A stretch of 64,000 bases of DNA from Cyanophora paradoxa CCMP329 (Eukaryota; Plantae; Glaucophyta): the NCBI GenBank assembly GCA_004431415.1, contig QPMI01000638.1, positions 1 through 64,000 on the forward strand. Direction: 5' to 3'. This document shows, piece by piece, positions 1-9,697 of this stretch. Position numbers and translations under genes: made by a program. The notes beneath the pieces are model-generated. The model had not been told where the DNA came from. It saw nothing but the letters and a program-made list of their open reading frames with translations, and did not search any database. Numbering within the stretch: position 1 is the first letter of the stretch; every line of letters begins with the position of its first letter.

Positions 1-437
1 CGGATCCGCCGCGGCCGGCGCTGACGCTCGTAGCCAGAAGCGTGAGCGGGCCCTGGGCTGGTGTTCGAGCTCACGAGGAAGCAGCCGCAGCCTGCCGGCA
101 GGTGCTGTCCCGGGGCCAGAACCAGAGCTTCTGAAAAGCCTTTGAAGCTCAGCGGCTCGTGCGAACAGCAAGCTCAGATGGCTTCAGGCTAGGTCCGCTT
201 TCCGAGGGCCCAGGCCCTGAGGGCTCGGGGGACTGAGCTGTGCCTACAGTAGCATGTGCAGTGTAATTAAGGCTAGCACTGGAGCCGGGGTCGCCCCGTA
301 GCTAGAGCCTTGAATTCGAAGGCACGCCGCTGGGCCGCGCGCGTGGCCGGGCCACGAGCTCGAGCTCGCAATCGAGCCTTTGATTTTGCGGCTTGCCCTG
401 TTTGCCCTCACGGCGTCCACTCCCCCTTCTCGCTAGC

Positions 438-443
438 ACCGTC
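438..443 (+). repeat. Left target-site duplication ACCGTC
   Basis: Identical hexamer immediately outside both TIRs (438-443 and 28433-28438). A 6-bp TSD is typical of Polinton rve integrases. Confidence 0.95.
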
Positions 444-539
444 ACACATATGTATAAACTTATTTTAAATCCCTCGTTCATCTCGATCGCTTCGCGATCT
501 CGATTCACTCAGGATTTAAATAAGTTTATACATATGTGT
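444..539 (-). other. Left terminal fold-back hairpin (3' end of the minus strand)
   Basis: ACACATATGTATAAACTTATT(T)TAAATCC at 444-472 is inverted at 512-539, with inner gatcgc-ttc-gcgatc. Confidence 0.9.
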
Positions 540-853
540 CAAAATTAATACTAAAATACGTATTTTATCGATTAAATTCTTTAACTTTTTATGCAAACTT
601 TGTATAAATTAATGCAAACTTTGTATTAAAAAATGAAAACGCGTTTAACTTTATGCATATTTACGATTGCATCAATTGATCTTATATCGATTGATTATGT
701 TATTTTGTCGATTACATATAAAACTGCGATTAATTTGCATTAAACTACTTAAAGATCGATATAATCGCGATTAAATTGCATAAATTCGCATAAACTCGAT
801 ATATCTCTCTTGTATTGAAGTAGACCACCGCCCATTCTGTATCGAAAAACGCA

Positions 854-1107
854 AAAAGTGTCACAGAGTTGCATTGTGTCCAATTGAACAATCGATGAGA
901 TTGCTGATTTGCATTTTTGCACCCAAAAACTGTCACAGAGTTGCATTATCTCCAATTAAACAATCGATTATAATGGGAGGGCACTTTTGCACCCAAAAAT
1001 GACACATAGTTGCATGGTTCCAATTAAACAATCGATGAGATTGCGGATGTATATTTTAGATCGAAAAAGTGTCACAGAGTTGCATGGTCTCCAATTGAAC
1101 AATCGAT
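854..1107 (+). repeat. Four ~70-bp-period direct repeats in the TIR (mirrored at ~27765-28025)
   Basis: Core AAAAgTGTCACAGAGTTGCATnnnnnCCAATTrAACAATCGAT at ~854, 926, 995 and 1064. Confidence 0.85.
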
Positions 1108-1226
1108 AGATTGCATATGTTCTATAAAACAGAATAATTGAGATCAAGTGTGACAGGTAGTATTCAAATGATATTCAGTAAGAGATATTTTTGTTTTTGA
1201 GACAAGCAGTAAGAGGGGTAGAATGT

Positions 1227-1663
1227 CTGTGACGCCTGTGACGGCTGGACGCCTGTTTTCAGAAGTCTGTCATTTTGAAAAATTTTAAAAAGTTTGAAAA
1301 GTAGGCGTCACAGGCGTCACAGGCGTCACACACAATTAAATTAGGTGTCACAGCGAAATTGCAGACCATTTCCAGTAAGACAACTTCGCATTTTCAAAAA
1401 GGTTGATTAATGGATAGTGTTTTGGAGGTGTCAGAGGTGTCACAAGACGGATTTCAGTAAGACAAGAATATATTCTCGAAAATCTCAGTAAGAGAAAGAG
1501 ATTCCATTTTTAATTGGGTGTGACGCCTGTGACGGCTGTGACGGCTGTTTTCAGAAGTATGTAGATTTTTGAAATTTTAAAAAGTTTGAAAGTAGGCGTC
1601 ACAGGCGTCACAGGCGTCACAGTCAATTAAAGAGGCGTCACAGTCAATTAAAAAGTTGTCACA
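1227..1663. repeat. Two palindromic iteron-like modules, (TGTGACGCC)x3 - AT-rich spacer - (GGCGTCACA)x3
   Basis: Copies at ~1227-1350 and ~1518-1663, mirrored at ~27211-27357 and ~27522-27647, plus an internal copy at ~17658-17792. Confidence 0.88.
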
Positions 1664-1718
1664 CCCGATTATCTGACCATTTTCAGTAAGACCATCTGAA
1701 ATTCTGAATTTCTCAGTG

Positions 1719-2123
1719 TCAACTAACTCGGAAATCGCAATACTCTATGTTTCTCCAATTTCTCCAACCTGAAAACACACCTGTTATTCTCTCATCTATC
1801 TCATGAGATACTCTCGTGGTTTTTCTCTCTGCTTCTAATCCACAACTGAATATATCAATCGCCAGCATACCTTCATTTGAGTAACAATGAGCAGTGCAAG
1901 TGGCTCTCATCCAGCAGAGAACCATTGCAAAACCAGGAGGAGAAATACCACCATCGAAAATCTCGCAATGCTTGTGAACTACTCGAATACCTTGCTCTTG
2001 AATAATAGTTTGTAAGAACTGCATTAACCACCTGGTTGTTGTCTTCAAGTCCTCCACTCCTATTGCTAATTGGTTTTTGAACTTGTAATCCAGCATTACA
2101 TGGAAGCCTCGATGAGTATTCAT
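1719..2123 (-). CDS. speD: S-adenosylmethionine decarboxylase proenzyme (prokaryotic SpeD/SpeH-like), with apparent indels
   Basis: Motifs G.H..LD, GFAMV.LLDESH (ESH pyruvoyl site, in the alternative frame at ~1900-1915) and CTAHCY.NEGMLAIDIFSCG. The right-TIR copy of the 3' end reads ...FSGLEKSEKHRVLRFPS*. Confidence 0.85.
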   Translation of the reverse strand: MNTHRGFHVMLDYKFKNQLAIGVEDLKTTTRWLMQFLQTIIQEQGIRVVHKHCEIFDGGISPPGFAMVLCWMRATCTAHCYSNEGMLAIDIFSCGLEAERKTTRVSHEIDERITGVFSGWRNWRNIEYCDFRVS

Positions 2124-2125
2124 TT

Positions 2126-2356
2126 ATGAATAATTTAGAAAAATTAAAAAACGCGATTGGTAGAATGCGAACCATCTTAGCAAGAGTGCTACCTTATGAG
2201 TTGGTGGATATCATTCTTCTGCACTACCACAAGACCTGTCCAAACTGCTTTGACACATGCATAATCACAAAGGGAAAATGGGGAATTCCTCATTTCTCTC
2301 TCAAAGATCTAATCAAAGTACAGTACCACTGGTTTATCATCTATCACAATTCCTGA
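2126..2356 (+). CDS. Small hypothetical protein with a weak F-box-like start (LPYELVDIIL)
   Basis: ORF divergent from the decarboxylase; only a short motif resemblance. Confidence 0.35.
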   Translation: MNNLEKLKNAIGRMRTILARVLPYELVDIILLHYHKTCPNCFDTCIITKGKWGIPHFSLKDLIKVQYHWFIIYHNS

Positions 2357-2581
2357 TGTAGTCTTTTTTCTGTAAGCATGAGAGGATTTCTTGTTGCACT
2401 CTCTGCATCCACTTCCCCTTACATGATTAAATGGGTAGGTTTGGAGGATCTTGTTGCATTTAAGGCATCTAACAGATACCTTCTCTTGTGCTTTCTTATA
2501 GACTGTCGCACTATAATCGAATTTAGTATCACCATGAACCATCATTGCAGATTCTATGAATTTCTTCGTTTTATCATCCAT
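2309..2581 (-). CDS. Single DUF723/CapR-like Zn-binding repeat protein (truncated homing-endonuclease paralog)
   Basis: FI..A..VHG..FDYS..VY......V.V.C..C......P.NH..GSGC..C, the same repeat as in 22481-23218, without a nuclease domain. Confidence 0.65.
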   Translation of the reverse strand: MDDKTKKFIESAMMVHGDTKFDYSATVYKKAQEKVSVRCLKCNKILQTYPFNHVRGSGCRECNKKSSHAYRKKTTSGIVIDDKPVVLYFD

Positions 2582-2608
2582 CCCTCTCTCTATATATACC
2601 TGAGATTT

Positions 2609-3439
2609 CTATGGAGCAGTATCCTGCCCGAAAATGGGGAAGTAGCGATTTGTGCCGTAATATTCTGCATATGTATTCTGTTTTGCAATAGCATCGGTTC
2701 TCTCAGCATAGAGAATGCATTTGTAGATACCAAATCTGGTGGCTCTCACCAAGAATTGGTAATCTTCAAGACCGAAATTCACTCCATGATAAGCAATTCC
2801 GAAATTCATATGGAGTGATCACAACTGCAATATTTGGGGTTCCACCCTCTACTTGACAGACAGCATAAACATCTGGTGGAATATCCACGACCACCTTGTA
2901 GTGGTCACCAATCTCAACAAGAGAATCTACTACTGATGTCTGCTCATTCACAACAATTGGGAAGATCTTGATAATATATGGTGCATTCATACTGGGGACA
3001 TAGGTGCGAATTCTGGTGTTGGGATCAATGGGATTGGGTTGATCATTTACGAAAAGAGGCGCACCAACAGCTCCACCAATCCGAAGACCATCACCAATAT
3101 ATGCTCCCCCCGTTTTGCAGTTAATAGCTCCCGACCGAGATTCAAAAGAATAAGTAGAAAGAGGATCACCATAACTGTCTGGTCTCCATAATGGGCAGAA
3201 AAGTTCGCATTTGTGACAAGGAGTTTCGTTGTCTTAACTATACCATTATTTTTATCACATCTGAGTTCCTGCAATCTCAGTTTATGGGTGGAACCAAAGG
3301 TATTCATTGTAGGTTGTACTTCTGTGGATTGGAGACCTTCGACATCATCAAAGGTAGCATGCTGTAAAACGTGATTTGCAGGTGCTGCTAATGATAGCTG
3401 GGGTGTAATAATTCGCTCTACTGGTGCTGGGGCAGCCAT
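2609..3439 (-). CDS. Fibre-like protein 1 (shared N-terminal module, C-terminal phage/giant-virus fibre-type domain), frameshifted
   Basis: ELRCDKNNGIVKTTKLLVTNANF and GGAYIGDG motifs. The C-terminus reads ...PNPIDPN...VVITPYMNFG...ILYAERTD, pieced from three ORF fragments. Confidence 0.6.
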
Positions 3440-3462
3440 TTTATATTAAACAGATATATCTT

Positions 3463-4316
3463 TTATGGGGTGGGGTCGTCTATAATATCTGGCTCCGCAT
3501 AGAATCCGGTTGTGAATATATCTGCAACATTTACCCCACGAAGTGCTGAAACAGCTGCTATATCTGTTCTCAGTCCCATAATCATAGTATTGTAAACTCC
3601 AACCTCAGTGACAAACAAATCATAAGTAAATGTCAGATTGTTATAAACACAATATCCCCGACCGAAATGATTTGATGCTTGAACAAAGAATAGGTAATTG
3701 TGACCCTGTTGGTTATTATTTGCTCTGCACATTGAGAGCATTGCTGTGGGAAGAGGAATATTCCTTCTCACTCGATCAGTTCCTGTAATGGAAACCAATT
3801 CTGAATTTTCAAGAGTGACAGATGATGCAATATAGAAATGCAGAAAAGGTTGCTGTGCAACTGGGGTATAGAACCGAATTCGTTGTGGGTTCTCTACATT
3901 TTGTTCAAGAGTATCTGGGACATCATTATACGAAATTGAGGATGAAAGCTGACCTGAAACTCTGCAACCACCACCAATAAATGCTCCTCCTGATCTCACA
4001 GTTACAGCAGCAGTGTTTTTATCATAATCAAGGGCTTTCAGATCAACACTGTAAGCATCAGGACCTCCATTGGTAGGTTGGAAGAAATTCGCATTTGAGA
4101 CAAGGAGTCGAGTTGTTTTAACCACACCGAATTCTTGTCTGCTCTCAGTTCTTTAACTCGAATAATCGAATTTTTATCAAAGGAGTTACCATTGGAGTTG
4201 GGTCTCTCTGTGGATTCTAAACCACGAACCTCATCATTAACTTCATGCTGGCGAAAGTGCATAGCAGGGGATCCAAGGGAATATATTGGAAGTTGAACTC
4301 GATTATATTCACCCAT
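3463..4316 (-). CDS. Fibre-like protein 2 (shared N-terminal module, unique head), one frameshift
   Basis: ELRADKNS.VKTTRLLVSNANF and VRSGGAFIGGG. ORFs 4038-4355 and 3463-4125 join at ~4125. Confidence 0.6.
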
Positions 4317-4354
4317 TGCTTCTTTTACTAAGAAGGAAAGAAAAATAATGTTCA

Positions 4355-4615
4355 CTACTCTTCTGTGACATTGTTATACTCGATGCCTTTCTTTACAGTT
4401 CCCCTTTGGAATGCTGTAACACATGGCTTCCTTTGAGGTTGGTATTTGAACTCCTGATGAGATGCAAGATTGAATTTCTTTCTGAACAATCTCATCATTG
4501 CAATTCTTGCCCTGTTATGAACAACATTATCAATCCAATCCTGAACAGAGGCAGCACAGTATTCCATTCCCAACTTCTCAGTATCTGATAGAACTACTTG
4601 GTAGATATTTGACAT
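4355..4615 (-). CDS. Small phage-like protein, putative fibre assembly chaperone
   Basis: YQVVLSDTEKLGMEYCAASVQDWIDNVVHNRARIA resembles small proteins that follow C1q-tipped tail-fibre genes in marine phages (recalled, not searched). Confidence 0.5.
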   Translation of the reverse strand: MSNIYQVVLSDTEKLGMEYCAASVQDWIDNVVHNRARIAMMRLFRKKFNLASHQEFKYQPQRKPCVTAFQRGTVKKGIEYNNVTEE

Positions 4616-4636
4616 TCCTACTTAATAGAAAGAAAA

Positions 4637-5656
4637 TTATGTGATACTTAGAAGTTCAGCTGTAAACATGGTTCGACTTGAATAACCACCTGTGGTTCCT
4701 GTGACAAGTGTTACATATTCTCCGCAGCAAGATTGAGTATAACATTAATATATAGAGGTTTTACACCAATTGTAGTTGAAGATCCAGAGGTGAAGATGGA
4801 TATACCCCAGGGTTAGTGTCATTCACTTGCATTGTGAGACTTACAGCAGATGAGGTTGTTGATTGAGAGTTTGCTGTAAGTCTGTAATGACCAGCGACAG
4901 GGCTGTAAATCTTCCATTACCTGTATTGAATGCACCTCTGTTATCAATAAAAACGGTTGTCCAATTGATTAGAACAGCAAGCACTTGTTGCAGTGTGTAT
5001 GTAACCCAGTTGCGCACAGAATCGAGTTGAAATCATACTTTAAATAACAACCTGTATTCAGGGTCAAACTATTGGCTTCCAGGGTCGCCATGACATCACT
5101 ATTGCGTTTAAAAACCAGATTTGCGCTTGATCCTGTGTCTATTTCAGGTGTAACTATTTTGGTAGGTTGCTGTGACAATAGATTGCTGTGCACCAGGAAC
5201 ATAAACACCTCCATTGGCTGTTACCAAATCATTAAATGTAGTTGTTCCTGTTACAGTGATTTGTTCAGTTGTGAGATTCCATTATTCTTGCTCCATCTCC
5301 AATGTAGGCACCTCCACTTTTTACCACAAGAGCAGAGTTATTACTTGTGTTATCAAAAGTAACAATCTTGGGTGTGGTGAACCCTCCCACATCATCATAA
5401 ATTGCAGAATCCGAAACGATTTGACCTGATTGAAACTTGGTTCTTATTCGAAACTATGAGACCTGTGGTTCTCACCTTGCCCCCATTTCGATCACATCGA
5501 ATTCTTTGCATCTTATCACAGAGTTTTGCGAAAATGAATCTGCTCCTGTTGTTTCTGTGCAAATAAAACCAGGGTAGCATCTGTTACAGCATGGTTAAGT
5601 TGATGTATTTTTGGGGCGGCATAACAGAAAACAGGGACTGCTATTTGAGTAGCCAT
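4637..5656 (-). CDS. Fibre-like protein 3 with C-terminal C1q/TNF-like head, multiple frameshifts
   Basis: IRCDRNGGKVRTTGLIVSNKNQV and VKSGGAYIGDG. C1q signature FNTGNGRFTA.VAGHY at ~4885-4930. Confidence 0.65.
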
Positions 5657-5678
5657 TCTTTATATTACATAGACAATA

Positions 5679-6747
5679 TTATATGGTGCTTACCAGATAA
5701 CAACCCAAGAAAGATCGTGTGTCCAGTGTGATAGTAACACAGATGAGTTCACCACTGAAACATAGTCCCCAGTATTTAGAGTTATTAATGTTTCATATGT
5801 GATTGCTGGCGAGACATATCCATTATGTGAACAACTAAATTCGTAATTGGATGCAACTCCATTTATGTGTAGCCGAAAGACAGTTACATAAGAAGTCTGA
5901 TTATCTGTTCTCATAGTTGTAAAGAAAAACCGGTAAACACCTGCAACAGGTGCAGTAAATCGTGAGGATCCAAAGTTGCCTTCATTGTTGATAAGATAAG
6001 TGCCGTAAGTAGGTGGTGAAATGAAGACAGATTGACCATTTGAACATGTTGAAGTTCCTGTCTGATTAGGAACCTGTCTTGCAACACACAGTCGTGGGCA
6101 ATAAGTTCTTTTCAAATAGCAAGTAGGAGAAAGTGTAAATGATTTTATCTCTGTCTGTGCAACTGTTGTTTTTTCAAGAGTGACAATTGTGTTACCATTT
6201 CGTTTGTAGGTCGAATTCGAATCTGTCCCATTACCAATTTCGGGTGCTTGAACTCTCAGAAATGCTTGAAGAGTCCATAAATTATGTTTCCTAAAGACCA
6301 GAGTTAATATTCATCAACTGAGTGAAAACACTTGTCCCATTCACAGTCAACTGATTTGCTGTGACAGTCCCCACCACAATTGCCCCATCACCATGTAGGC
6401 TCCTCCACTTCTGACTACAAGAGCGAATTATTTATTGTGTTATCGAAATTAACTATCTTTGCTGTGCTGAATCCACCCACATTATCATATACTGCTGAAT
6501 CGGGGACTACTTGACCTGCTTGAACTTGATTTTTATTCGAGATAATAATGCCTGTGGTTCTAATCTTGCCTCCATTTCGATCACATCGAATTTCTTTGAA
6601 TCTGAGTATATTATTCTCTGTGAAAGAGGTATTACTTGATGTTTCAGTGCAGATATTCCCAGGTGTTGAATCAACTACTCCATGAGAGGTGCTGTGCAGT
6701 GATTTTGCTGCAAGTTCGTAGTTTGGGATTTCTAATAGAGAGGTCAT
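5679..6747 (-). CDS. Fibre-like protein 4 with C-terminal C1q/TNF-like head, frameshifted
   Basis: EIRCDRNGGKIRTTGIIISNKNQV and VRSGGAY. C1q signature RFTAPVAGVYRFFF...LNTGDYVSV. Confidence 0.7.
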
Positions 6748-6782
6748 CTTTATAATAGTAAAAGATTGAAATCAAGCAGTTG

Positions 6783-9648
6783 CTATCCAATGCACTGTAA
6801 CATGAAGGTTTGGGGTTGTATGTTTATATATCCTGCTGCCCAAACAACAAGATTTATGGTGGTTGAGGTGGTTGAGTTGCTTGATATTCCCATTTTGTAG
6901 TCGATCTCTACATTAGTTGCAGGCAGTCCTCCAATGTTGCAACAACAGATGGGGTTGATGCAAAAGCAGGACTCCAACTTAATGTAATGGTATGATTTTG
7001 CCTTGCTGAACTACCACCAATTTGGGGATTGTTTATGACGAAATTGTATGTCCCCTTCCTTATTCCAGTAGTAGTGTAATTATCAAAAACATATTGGGGC
7101 ATCAACTTGGTAACAGCAGCATTATTGCGAGGATCCCTGACCCACATTTCTCTTGCATATGCATTACCGCGAACAAGAAGTGTTTTATCCTGGTAGTATG
7201 ATATTGTGTTAGTAGAAAGAGTTGAATTGTGGAAATTCCAAATCACAGGAGGATTGGGCATAATGTAGGGGTCGTAGTCAAGAAAGTAACCTGATCCAAC
7301 AAGAAGGTTTGCATTTGCTGTGATGTTATTGGCTGTAAGGGATCAAGAGTTGGTCTATTGGTCAAATCGAGGTAGTTGCCTGAGAAAATCGCTGGTTTGT
7401 TATAAATATCTGTATTCCAATCATGAGTGTGTGCAAAATCTGTAATCTCCGCCTTAGTGTGATTGTGTGCAAAATCTGTAATCTCTGCCTTCGTATGGGT
7501 GTGACAACATATGCAACATTTCCAAGATCTGTTATCTCTGATTTAACATGAGTGTGAGCGAAATTCGTAATATCTGCTCTGGTGTGGGTGTGTGCAAAAT
7601 CTGTTATCTGGGATTTTGTGTGAGTGTGAGTATTGAAATCTGTGATCTCTGCTCTTGTGTGGGTGTGTGCTCTATTATTAAGATCAAGGAAGCTTCCAGA
7701 AAATGCAACAGGGTGTAGATTTGCAGCTGTTGGTTTGTTTAGGAGATCATTATAGTCTCCTGTAAAAGCGATTATTTTCAGTTCACCCTTCCCACATAAT
7801 CAGAAGGGAGATCAATCTTAATGGGCATAATAGCTGGATCATCTGGGATCTCATATTCACCTCCTGGGTGAACCACAGGAAAGGTTTGATTGCTTTCAGT
7901 ATGGACAAAGAAGTTGCATGCTGTTACTGTTCCATCAATAATCCTCTGTGAGAGGAAGGTAATCCCTGTCACACCAATATTAATACCTGCAATAATTGTA
8001 TTCAGTTCTGTTTCATCTATGTAGTTCTGGGCTTGCAGGTAATCCTCTGTTACCACTCTGGATATGGTCTCATTGTGAATATTCTTTGCTGCTGCCCTCT
8101 GATTGATTTCTAAGAGACCCTCACCCACTCACCATTATAATTCGTTTTTATCCATGAGATTTCGCATCTCTTGTAGTCATCTCGATTTCCAATGAGAGCA
8201 TTGGGTAACAATCTTTCTCTGGTGAATATTAATTTGGGTCTTGAACTATCTAAATCACTCACATCAGTTACATTAATTTGGATTGCTGCATCTTTGTCAT
8301 CATAGTTTGCTGGATCAGATGGTAGAGAGATCAATCCTCCTGTCATTGGGATGTCATCTGCATAGTAACTGGTTAAATAGATACCTGGTTTGGTGTCCAT
8401 CAAACCGAAATTTCCGCCTGCTGCAATTATCTGCATCCTTGTAGGGGGTCTGATGTATAATTCACCCTGCATTTTGGTTCCTGCATCTATTCCTTTGAGA
8501 TTCAGGTAATATTCATCTAATCTTAATCTCTCTGGTATGATATTACTTTGGTAGAGAGTAACACCATGTAAGGTGTCGAAATCATCACCTGCTGATGCGA
8601 ATTTTGGTTGTTCATCTATTTCGCTCCATTTATGTCTGTGATCTTCTGGTGGAAACTCTTCTGGTTTTCCATCAATATCACCCCAGTCATGCCTGTGATC
8701 CTCTGGTGGGAATTTGTCTGGTTTACCTAATATCTCATCCAGTCATGGTTGTGATCCTCTGGTGGAAATCTGGCTGGTTTATTGTTGATCTGCTCCCAAT
8801 CTGGGAAGAATTCCCAAATCTCTGGGCGAAATCCATCTGGTAATAATTCTTCATGGGGTTCATATGGTTGCTCATATCAACAACTGGTGGTTGGAGACCA
8901 TCTGCTAAATATTCCTCATGGGGTTCATAATTCTGTTCATACTCATACTCTTGTGGATCTAAACCATCTGGTAGATACTCTTCCTCATTGGGGTCATACT
9001 GATCATATTCATACTCTTGTGGGTCGAAACCATCTGGTAAATATCTTCCTCATCTGGGACGAATTGGTATTCATCAAGCTCCAAATATCGATTTCAGGAG
9101 GTAAATATTACTTGATTAATCTCTGATGTGAGTGATTCGAACTCTCTGCGCTTCAGTGATTCGAACTTCAGTGTTAGTGAACTCGATTTTGTTGGTTTCT
9201 GCATGGGGTGCTATCTGTAATATTTCGGGAATTTGTGCAATTGCATTTGATCCTTCATTATAGATTCTTAAACCACTCTGATGCCCACCCTTCTCATTTT
9301 GAACATTGAATATCAACCTTCCACTATCGAATCGAGTTGGAATATCTGGATGGGTTGCACTGGTTTTCAGTTTTCTTGGTCTGCTCCTGGTTGCTTTAAT
9401 CTGGGCTACCTGATTCGATTTCACATTCCCCATGCTGAAAGCAACACTCACATCCTCTTTTTCAGGATCCATTTCGTTTATTGAAAGTGCATGCATTCTT
9501 GGGTGAGTCTTTGAGGGTTCATCTGCACTATGGTCGATTGAGATTGACCCTCTGGCTGTCAAGTTATCGAAATTTACATGTTTGTTATCTGCCTTCCCTC
9601 TTCCTGATGAAGGAATGGTTTGCAGGTTGCTGGATAATTGAAACTCAT
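6783..9648 (-). CDS. Long fibre protein (~950 aa if indels are corrected) with acidic region, GKP..FPP..HxHxW repeats and HTHTKAEITDF repeats
   Basis: Consecutive minus-strand fragments. KP..FPPEDH.H.W x3 at ~8620-8780, about 8 HxH..(A/S)EITDF units at ~7420-7670, and C-terminal AFASTPSVVAT. Confidence 0.7.
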
Positions 9649-9697
9649 CCCAATTTACTCTACTTATAGAGATTTATTAAATTTGAGTTAAGTAAAG

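Larger units (their letters stand above)
444..1817 (+). repeat. Left terminal inverted repeat (~1.37 kb)
   Basis: Reverse complement of 27050-28432. Differences are mostly homopolymer indels plus one divergent patch near 1680-1705. Confidence 0.95.

Noticed and set aside
745-955. Short ORFs in the TIRs (also 27923-28133)
   Set aside because: They start at non-ATG codons, run through non-coding repeats and show no protein motifs.
2609-6747. Diversity-generating retroelement or invertase shufflon acting on the fibre genes
   Set aside because: No reverse transcriptase, TR/VR pair or site-specific recombinase is present, and all four genes are co-oriented with their own starts.
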